A stretch of DNA of 51,943 nucleotides from positions 1 through 51,943 of the IMG/VR virus record IMGVR_UViG_3300036798_000599, one strand, 5' to 3'. The notes beneath the pieces are model-generated. The model was not told the DNA's origin, ran no database searches, and saw only the letters and a list, made by a program, of their open reading frames with translations. Position 1 is the first letter of the stretch. Each line of letters begins with the position of its first letter. Both the position numbers and the translations under genes were made by a program. Source of the DNA: a virus. Taxonomy: Duplodnaviria > Caudoviricetes. Positions 45,153 to 51,943 of this stretch are shown in pieces.

Positions 45153-45362
45153 TCATTTCTGTCCTTTCGCTGGCCAGGGATCGGGCATGGCGATCTCGTG
45201 AACACGTCCCTCGGGCAAATAGCGGTTGGCACGCGCCATGATGTCCAGGGCTTCCCCTTTATCGTAGCGACCGGCGGCCAGTAGGCTGGTGACGTAGCCC
45301 TGCCATCCCGGGCCCCACCACGCGCCGGGTCCCTCGCTCCAGACGACCCACTTCTCGCTCAT
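45153..45362 (-). CDS. Hypothetical phage protein
   Basis: VWS...AWW.P...GY......AGRY...EA..I. Confidence 0.6.
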   Translation of the reverse strand: MSEKWVVWSEGPGAWWGPGWQGYVTSLLAAGRYDKGEALDIMARANRYLPEGRVHEIAMPDPWPAKGQK

Positions 45363-45547
45363 CGCCGCCCCTTCTTCGCCGGCACCACCTTCTCGCCCTT
45401 GTGCAGCTTGTAGGTGCCCGTCTTCGGCACGCGACCGCCCTTCTTAAAGCTGCCGATCGCGCCCGCCGTATCCGCCGGGACTCCCTGGCTCTCCATAAAG
45501 GCCTGCTGGGCGGATTTGGCGGGTACGGTTTTCTTGCGGGTAGCCAT
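45359..45547 (-). CDS. Small basic protein with FKKGG.V...LHKGE.V motif
   Basis: 62 aa, Lys-rich. Confidence 0.6.
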   Translation of the reverse strand: MATRKKTVPAKSAQQAFMESQGVPADTAGAIGSFKKGGRVPKTGTYKLHKGEKVVPAKKGRR

Positions 45548-45550
45548 CAG

Positions 45551-45796
45551 TCACTTCTCCAATTGCTCGAGGATCATCCGCTCGTTGACGGGGATCAGCG
45601 CTCTGACCGTCTCAAGCCAGAGCGACAACTCGGCCTCGCGATAGTCGGCGGGTTGATGCCCGGCCAGCCACATCGCCACGAGATCGGCGAGGATCCCGCC
45701 CTGGATATCCGGCCCCAGACCGGCCAGCAGGGGCCGGATCTGCGCAGCCCGTTCGACAATCTCGACGGCCTTGGCGCCGGCGCTGCGGGTGGCCAT
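45551..45796 (-). CDS. Hypothetical protein
   Basis: GGAG RBS; I.PLLAG..P.IQG..LADL.A.WLAGH. Confidence 0.6.
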   Translation of the reverse strand: MATRSAGAKAVEIVERAAQIRPLLAGLGPDIQGGILADLVAMWLAGHQPADYREAELSLWLETVRALIPVNERMILEQLEK

Positions 45797-45933
45797 CAGT
45801 GTTTCTCCGGGAGCAGGGCCTGAATCATCCCGCCGGGCGGGCGATGGCGGTAACGCTCGTAGAGCACGGCGATGGCAATGCCGATGACGAGGCCGATCAC
45901 CGTGCCGAGGAAGAAGGACGCGACCTCGATCAC
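45796..45933 (-). CDS. Small TM protein
   Basis: GTG start overlapping the upstream stop; FFLGTVIGLVIGIAIAVLY. Confidence 0.45.
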   Translation of the reverse strand: MIEVASFFLGTVIGLVIGIAIAVLYERYRHRPPGGMIQALLPEKH

Positions 45934-46067
45934 AGCACACCCGCCAGGAAGAGCGCGCCGAGCAGCAGCAGCATCCACAGCACCAGCGACAACGGGGCGC
46001 CGCGGCACATCCCGGCAAAGAAGGATTTCCGGAGGGTCAGGTCGTCGTTTCCGGCTGCTTCGGCCAT
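45930..46067 (-). CDS. Small TM protein, first gene of the leftward early operon
   Basis: GGAG RBS; hydrophobic C-terminal half. Confidence 0.5.
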   Translation of the reverse strand: MAEAAGNDDLTLRKSFFAGMCRGAPLSLVLWMLLLLGALFLAGVL

Positions 46068-46095
46068 GGCGGCTCTCCGCCGAGGGGGAGAGCTG

Positions 46096-46147
46096 ACGAT
46101 GCTGGACATCCCGTCCACTGTCAAAACAAAAAATGGACAGGCCGTCC
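46096..46147 (-). promoter_or_regulatory. PL-like promoter with two GGAC-N5-GTCC operators
   Basis: Minus-strand TTGACA (46124-46119), 17 nt, CATCGT (46101-46096); operators at 46104-46116 and 46135-46147. Confidence 0.75.
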
Positions 46148-46249
46148 GGTGACGCGTAAAAATTGCAATCCCCAATTTGTTTCTGCGACAGTGTGCCGCT
46201 TATCGCCGAGCAACGCGCCGATCCTTCGGAACCCCCACCGGAGAAGCAG

Positions 46250-46441
46250 ATGCCCCAAAAACCGCATCAGTTAATGACGCGCATGCAATACATCGAGGCC
46301 CTTGTGGGCGAGGCGCTGGCTTTTAATCGGGGGGTTGGCAAAACCCGGAAGGTCCGGGCGGCGTTGCTGGTGTCGGCGCTCCGCGAACTTCAGCAGGGAG
46401 AGCGGGAGGTGGCAGAAATCAGTCAGGACCGACGAGAATAA
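46250..46441 (+). CDS. Small protein convergent with the repressor
   Basis: GGAG RBS, ATG 46250; 3' overlap with the repressor gene. Confidence 0.45.
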   Translation: MPQKPHQLMTRMQYIEALVGEALAFNRGVGKTRKVRAALLVSALRELQQGEREVAEISQDRRE

Positions 46442-46643
46442 ACTCGATCGATTTGTTCACCAGCTTGGAAAATTTTGGCAGATACTCGGGGGGCAGCTTG
46501 CCGCGCTGCTCCCATTTTTGATAGCGGGTCAGGGCCACATCCAAGAGTTCCGCCATCACGCGCTGTGACCAGCCTCGTTCCTTGCGCAACTCCTTTATTC
46601 GCATCGAGACGCCCTTGTTAGGTGGCGAGACCTTACTGGCCAC
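46419..46643 (-). CDS. CI-like XRE repressor (HTH only; start uncertain)
   Basis: RIKELRKERGWSQRVMAELLDV...YQKWEQRG; divergent from the cro-like gene. Confidence 0.8.
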   Translation of the reverse strand: MASKVSPPNKGVSMRIKELRKERGWSQRVMAELLDVALTRYQKWEQRGKLPPEYLPKFSKLVNKSIEFILVGPD

Positions 46644-46690
46644 AGGCCTGACCTCTGAGAGACCGATCACATAACATTGATTATCAAACC

Positions 46691-46766
46691 GGACAATATG
46701 TCCGCACAAGCAGACGCTCCGTCCATCCGCCTTGTCCTTGACTGAGATGGACGCTCTGTCCATAGT
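46691..46766 (+). promoter_or_regulatory. OR-like region: three operators and a PR-like promoter
   Basis: GGACAATATGTCC 46691-46703, AGACGCTCCGTCC 46712-46724, GGACGCTCTGTCC 46749-46761; TTGACT 46738-46743, 17 nt, CATAGT 46761-46766. Confidence 0.8.
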
Positions 46767-46773
46767 TTTGGGC

Positions 46774-46977
46774 ATGCAGGCACAGAGCTGGGAAACGATC
46801 GAACGGATCGCCCTGAGCTTGGGAATCGGCCAGGAGGCGGTCCGCAAGTGGCGCACGCGCGGGGTGCCACGGGCCTGGCGGCTCGATCTTTTGCGCGCCG
46901 ATACGCGCCGCGAAATCAACGAGGACGATTTCGACCACCCGCCGGGGCCACGCCGCCAATGTCGGGCCGCCGAGTGA
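46774..46977 (+). CDS. Cro-like HTH protein
   Basis: IA.SLGI..EAVRKWR.RGVP..WR..L; nearly leaderless after the PR-like promoter. Confidence 0.75.
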   Translation: MQAQSWETIERIALSLGIGQEAVRKWRTRGVPRAWRLDLLRADTRREINEDDFDHPPGPRRQCRAAE

Positions 46978-47029
46978 TCTGAGCCGGAGGGCGCCGCGAC
47001 ACGGGGATAAGCCGGATGGACGGGGACCA

Positions 47030-47464
47030 ATGACCGCGCGTTTCCGCCTCACCGCCCCGGCGCCCTCGGAGCGCGACATCCACGCCAGCTGCGCCCGCGC
47101 CCTCGACCTGCTCCTGCAGCCCCCGGCGCTGTGGTGGACCTACCCCGCCGGCGCCGCGCAACTCTCCCCCCAGCAGCAGGCGGCCTATTCGCGCATCGGT
47201 TTGAAGCGCGGCCTGCCCGACATCATGATCCTCCACGGCGGGCTCTACGGGATCGAACTCAAACGCCGCGGCGGCCGGGTCTCCAAGACAAAGATCGTCC
47301 ATACCCGGCGCGGCACGCCCCGCGAGCTCCTCGGCCAGGAGGACATGTTCCCGCGCCTCATCGCCGCCGGAATGAAAGAGATCGCCATCGCCCACAGCGT
47401 CGACGAGGTGCTCGGCCATCTCACCCGCTGGGGCGTGCCACTCCGCGGGAGGGTCGCGGCATGA
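47030..47464 (+). CDS. VRR-NUC-family nuclease (Holliday junction resolvase-like)
   Basis: SERDIH...GLKRGLPDI...IELKRRGGRVS...Q motif. Confidence 0.8.
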   Translation: MTARFRLTAPAPSERDIHASCARALDLLLQPPALWWTYPAGAAQLSPQQQAAYSRIGLKRGLPDIMILHGGLYGIELKRRGGRVSKTKIVHTRRGTPRELLGQEDMFPRLIAAGMKEIAIAHSVDEVLGHLTRWGVPLRGRVAA

Positions 47465-48321
47465 CCAAAATGCTCTGTATCTGGCACGGCAATTGTCAGG
47501 ACGGGTTTGGCGCCGCCTGGGCGGTGCATCATGCCCTTGGTGAAGAGGCCGTCGAGTTCTACCCCGGCGTCTACCAGAACCCGGCGCCGGATGTGACGGG
47601 ACGCCATGTGCTCTTTGTCGACTTCAGCTACAAGCGGCCGGTGATCGAGGAGATGGCGAAGACCGCTCGGTCGATCACGATCTTGGACCACCACGCCAGC
47701 GCCGCCGACGACTTGGCCGGATACCCGCCGCCCGGCTTCAACTACCCGCCGTTCGGGCCCGTCGCCAAGGTCACGGCCCTCTTTGACATGGAGCGCTCGG
47801 GCGCCGGCCTCACCTGGGATTTCCTCCACCCCAACCAGCCACGCCCGCTGTTGATCGACCACATCGAGGACCGCGACTTGTGGCGGTTCAAGCTGCCTTA
47901 CACGCGCGAGATTTCGGCGGCGCTATTTTCCTACCCCTACGATTTTGCGGTGTGGGACAGGCTGATGGACGACAGCTCGCACCTGGTCAGCGAAGGCGAA
48001 GCAATCGAGCGCAAGCAGGCGCAGGACATTCGCAACCTCCTCCCCGTCGTGCAGCGCCGCATGACGATCGGCGGGATCGACATGCCCGTCGCCAACCTGC
48101 CAATGACCCTGACCTCCGACGCCGGCCACAAGATGGCGGCGGCGGAAACCGGCGGCGTGGCCGCGTGCTACTGGGACACACCCCAAGGTCGGGTGTTCTC
48201 GCTGCGGTCGACCGAGCTCGGTCCCGATTGCCAGGCGATCGCCGTCCAATACGGCGGCGGCGGTCACCTCCACGCGGCCGGCTTCCGCATGCCGATCGGC
48301 TGGGAGGGTGAGGCGGCATGA
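47461..48321 (+). CDS. DHH/DHHA1 phosphoesterase (repeat copy)
   Basis: Identical translation to 416-1276. Confidence 0.9.
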   Translation: MTKMLCIWHGNCQDGFGAAWAVHHALGEEAVEFYPGVYQNPAPDVTGRHVLFVDFSYKRPVIEEMAKTARSITILDHHASAADDLAGYPPPGFNYPPFGPVAKVTALFDMERSGAGLTWDFLHPNQPRPLLIDHIEDRDLWRFKLPYTREISAALFSYPYDFAVWDRLMDDSSHLVSEGEAIERKQAQDIRNLLPVVQRRMTIGGIDMPVANLPMTLTSDAGHKMAAAETGGVAACYWDTPQGRVFSLRSTELGPDCQAIAVQYGGGGHLHAAGFRMPIGWEGEAA

Positions 48322-49251
48322 GCATCCCCTTCCGCCGCCTCGCCGAACTCACCGAGACCCCCGAGGACTACGGCATCGTCACCGTCCTCCTGCGCGCGGT
48401 GGTGATGTACCCCGAGGTCGCCGCCGAACTGTGCGGCCGCAACATCAAGACCTACGCCGATCGCGGCCAGGCCGTCACCGACGCCGTACGCCTGATCGAC
48501 GGCGACACTTCACCCCTGACCAACGGAGCTAGCGATGCTCTCCAAGTGTGAGATCGCCCGGTTCCGCGACAACCTCGCTTGCCGGTCGCCCGATTGCGAT
48601 TGGCGCGAGGACGAGACGGGAGCGGTGCACTGCCGGGTCTGCGGTTCGGGCTATCGGGCAGACATGCGCGATCTCCTGCGGCGCCTTTATACGTCAACCT
48701 CTCAAGAGGCTGTCCCATGTCAAGCAAATCACCCGCGCAAGCCCGGCTCATGGCCGCCAGCGCACACAACCCCGCCTTCGCCAAGAAGGCCGGCGTGCCG
48801 GTGAAGGTCGCGAAGGAGTTCAACCAAAGTGACGCCAAGACCGGCATCCTGCGGAAGAAGAAAGGCAGGTGACCATGAACGTAGCCGATTGCGAAGCGCT
48901 GCGGCGCGAATTGAAGCCGATCGCCGAGAAGCTCTGGGAACTGCGCCGGCCGCCGATGGGCGGTCTTGGCGAACCCGCCGAGGCCTATGCCAACGTGACG
49001 ATCGCCTACCGAAAGCTCGAGGACGCCTCGATGCGGCTCGGCAAGGCGATCCAGGCGCTCGACGGCGGAATTTCGGTCTACGACAAGACCCAGGTGACAT
49101 CATGAAATCAAAATCTTCCACCCGCTCCGACACCGCCCAGGACCGCGCCATCGTCACCCGCGGCGTCCACCAGCACGAAGCCAACCTACACAAGGGCAAA
49201 GCCAAAACCAAACTCAAGCTCGGCGGCAAGAAAGGTAAGTGACCCAGCGCC

Positions 49252-49935
49252 ATGTCCGCGCCGCTCGACCACGACCAATTGCCAGCTATCGCCAGTGCTC
49301 CGCTGCCGGCGACATACGAAGCTGCGAGGCGCGCACTAGAGCAATGCTATCAACTCGATGAATGTCTAATGTGGGCTAACAAGGCCGAGGCGCTCGCTTC
49401 CTATGCACGGCAATCGCATGATGACGCGCTGCGGCGGATGGCCGATCGCATCCAAGCTCGCGCGATCCGGCGATGCGGCGAACTCCTACAGCAGATCGAA
49501 CCGGCGAAGACCGGACCAAAACCGGAATTAAAGGACGGGGCCGTCCCGCAATTAGGTCGTACTGAAGCCGCAGATGATGCCGGTCTATCCGAACGCCAGC
49601 GTAAGACCGCGCTTCGCGTTGCTAACATTCCGGAAGCCGAATTTGAGACTGCTATCGAAAGTGACAAACCGCCGACCGTCAGCAGCCTCGCCGAACGCGG
49701 GACCGTAAAACGTCCGGTTCCGGATTACCTGAACGGGCGCGATCCGGACGATTTCAAACGGGCGACGCATCTCATCGGTCTCGGTACTTACATCACGGGA
49801 CATATTGCTGAAATCGATCTCGTCGCCGCTCGCCGCGGTCTCGATGCCGCTGAGCGCGAGCAGGTCATTACGACGTTCGGCCAGTGCATCGACTGGCTAA
49901 CCGCAGCACGGAGGTTTGTGATCGATGGCTTATAG
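49252..49935 (+). CDS. Hypothetical protein (repeat copy of 2207-2890)
   Basis: Identical translation. Confidence 0.7.
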   Translation: MSAPLDHDQLPAIASAPLPATYEAARRALEQCYQLDECLMWANKAEALASYARQSHDDALRRMADRIQARAIRRCGELLQQIEPAKTGPKPELKDGAVPQLGRTEAADDAGLSERQRKTALRVANIPEAEFETAIESDKPPTVSSLAERGTVKRPVPDYLNGRDPDDFKRATHLIGLGTYITGHIAEIDLVAARRGLDAAEREQVITTFGQCIDWLTAARRFVIDGL

Positions 49936-50380
49936 CCCAGGTGATCTTCGTCGCGAAATTCATCGCTGCATTGAGACGCTCCTCGTCGCCGGTCAAACGG
50001 TGAAATGGAAATGGCTCGTGACAGACGTACTCAATCGCCATCCGCTGCCACTTATTCCCGACCTTGACTTTAACGTCATATGCCGACGCCTGGCGGTGAC
50101 CGACGCTGCTCGCGATGTTCTACGCGACCTGAAACTCGATGCCGACGATCCAGCCAAGGCTTCCGGTTCGGGCACGATGCCGTTACCCGGTTTCCAACAT
50201 TTGCAAGTCGCCTATCCGGTCGAACGCGACAATGAACTGGTCATCGTCCCGATCGACAAAATGACCGACGCCGAGCGGCTAGGGCGTGCTCTGCAGTATC
50301 GGGCAATGGCTCGCGGCTGCATTGCCCATGCCGAAGAACTTGAACGCTACAGGGGCGATCTCGAGCACAAAGCAGGGTGA
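49925..50380 (+). CDS. Hypothetical protein (repeat copy of 2880-3335)
   Basis: Identical translation. Confidence 0.7.
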   Translation: MAYSPGDLRREIHRCIETLLVAGQTVKWKWLVTDVLNRHPLPLIPDLDFNVICRRLAVTDAARDVLRDLKLDADDPAKASGSGTMPLPGFQHLQVAYPVERDNELVIVPIDKMTDAERLGRALQYRAMARGCIAHAEELERYRGDLEHKAG

Positions 50381-50381
50381 C

Positions 50382-51173
50382 ATGCCCGCGCCTCTCGTCC
50401 CGCCCGACACCGTCATCCCCCGCCTGCCGTGGGTCCCGGTCTATGCCGCTCGATTGTTCGAGAGTGATTTCTTCGCCGTCGCCACCGACGCCGAGTTCCG
50501 CGCCGCTATCTGCCTCTGGCTCAAGTCATGGAACCAGAAACCCCCCGGCTCCCTGCCAAACAATGATCGCGTGCTCTGCCGGCTCGCAGGGTTGGCCGAC
50601 GACATCGATCAGTGGCGCAGCGTCAAGCGGGTCGCCATGCGCCATTGGAAACGCTGCGACGACGGCCGCCTCTACCATCCCGTCGTCGCAGAGCTCGTCA
50701 TGGATGCCGCAAATCGATTGTCAACCGCGCGTAACAGAACTGCGGCAGCGACCGCAGCTCGTTGGAAAACAACAAAAGATGAAATCCGTAACGGTATCCG
50801 TAACGGACGTAACCTTGACAGGGAGAGGGATAGTCCGCCTTCTACAAAGGCGGACCCTCTCCCCCCTTACCCCCCTCCCCACGGGAAGGGGGGGTCGCTC
50901 CCGCCCTCCAGCTCGCTCAATGAGCGAGGGCGGTTCGCGACGGATCGGCAAGCCACCGAACAGCACGAACTCTACGCCGCCATCAACCAAATGCGCTTCG
51001 ACCGCGGCGACGCCTCCCGCGCCGGCAAACTCTCCGCATGGGACGCCGAATACGGCGCAAAACTCGACGCCGCCTGCAAACGGCTGGCCCAACTGCAAGA
51101 CGAGGAACGCGGCCACCCCGATGAGGAAACCTTCACGCCCCTCGCCACCATCGTCGCCACTCTCCGCTCATGA
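50382..51173 (+). CDS. DUF1376 replication protein (repeat copy)
   Basis: Identical translation to 3337-4128. Confidence 0.8.
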   Translation: MPAPLVPPDTVIPRLPWVPVYAARLFESDFFAVATDAEFRAAICLWLKSWNQKPPGSLPNNDRVLCRLAGLADDIDQWRSVKRVAMRHWKRCDDGRLYHPVVAELVMDAANRLSTARNRTAAATAARWKTTKDEIRNGIRNGRNLDRERDSPPSTKADPLPPYPPPHGKGGSLPPSSSLNERGRFATDRQATEQHELYAAINQMRFDRGDASRAGKLSAWDAEYGAKLDAACKRLAQLQDEERGHPDEETFTPLATIVATLRS

Positions 51174-51493
51174 TCACCATCTCCCTCACCCTCATCGACA
51201 AAACCCGAACCAAAGAACGCCCCGACAAATGGACCGCAACCACCACCACCGACGGCAAATCCTTCTCCGCCACCTCCCGAATGAACCCCTGCTCCGACCT
51301 CGCCAGAGCCCTCGTCGCCGCCAATATCCCAGACCAACCCGTCCAACTCTGGAACGACAACCTCAACCACTGGGCCCTCCGTTGGAAATCCCTCCACGCC
51401 ATGGCACAATGGATGATCATCGATCCCCCCTCCTCCTACCTCCACCGCGTCAAATACAAACCCCCACCCGAAAACTGGGCCAAAACCGAATAA
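51170..51493 (+). CDS. Hypothetical protein (repeat copy of 4125-4448)
   Basis: Identical translation. Confidence 0.6.
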   Translation: MITISLTLIDKTRTKERPDKWTATTTTDGKSFSATSRMNPCSDLARALVAANIPDQPVQLWNDNLNHWALRWKSLHAMAQWMIIDPPSSYLHRVKYKPPPENWAKTE

Positions 51494-51943
51494 CCATCCC
51501 ACCCTTTTTGCAAACACCCTACCCTCCGACCTACCCCATTACCCACAAAACCAATCCAGCGCCAAAATACCCCCAATGCCTACCTGCAAAACAGATGCAA
51601 CCTTCGGGCGAAAAAGATGAGAGCTCATAAAATTTGCGAGGGGCTAGTCGATGAGAACGACCACCCCCATCGGCGGCGGCCGGGGTGGCAGGGGTGGGCC
51701 GTGGCGATCGGAGATGAAGGAGGGTCGCGAACAGCTCGATCAGTCACTGAATGATGGGTACAAGTATGGGACAGCCGATCTGCCACCACCAATACCATTG
51801 ATATTGCTTGTACAATCAGCTGAGTTAGGCGGATACCACATCCGCCGCACTGCCGAGAACATACCGAGAATTGTGGCGGAAATGCTCGATATGCGCGTGA
51901 GTGAGAGCATCGATCGGCTCGATTGGTTTTAGTGAATACGGAT

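Larger units (their letters stand above)
47046..51943. repeat. Terminal direct repeat, copy 2 (duplicates 1-4889)
   Basis: Same ORFs at +47045; offset becomes +47054 after the diverged segment. Confidence 0.97.

Noticed and set aside
47046-51943. Genuine second set of replication genes or a tandem prophage
   Set aside because: Best explained as terminal redundancy or circular-assembly overlap: attP is intact and no host genes are present.

Overview
The window is a whole temperate podovirus-type phage genome with a unit length of about 47.05 kb. The last ~4.9 kb (47046-51943) repeats the first ~4.9 kb, apart from one diverged ~0.18 kb segment. High GC and gene content suggest an alphaproteobacterial host (inference). 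The + strand carries a BPP-1/epsilon15-like virion module: TerL, portal, scaffold, capsid, cement, three adaptor paralogs, nozzle and ejection proteins. A tail-fibre module is inverted on the - strand. The - strand early arm has RecT, HNH, a tyrosine integrase and Xis, and an attP whose core is the 5' half of tRNA-Pro(TGG). A cI/cro-like switch carries GGAC-N5-GTCC operators, and a + strand replication arm encodes VRR-NUC, a DHH phosphoesterase and a DUF1376 initiator. The standout locus is 42616-44545: a lone RAMP/Cas7-like gene and a winged-helix-like gene interleaved with seven non-coding tracts of strictly phased pentamers (fixed triplet GCG/GAG/GTG plus a variable dinucleotide, 148 pentamers in total). 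Each tract shares a terminal ACGTTGCGTTGCG-like motif. Read as codon positions 1-2, the variable dinucleotides of several tracts spell peptides resembling separate parts of one gene in this genome (8811-9521). This suggests a gapped-code RNA-guided system aimed at homologs of that gene in related phages. All calls were made by eye; no searches were run.
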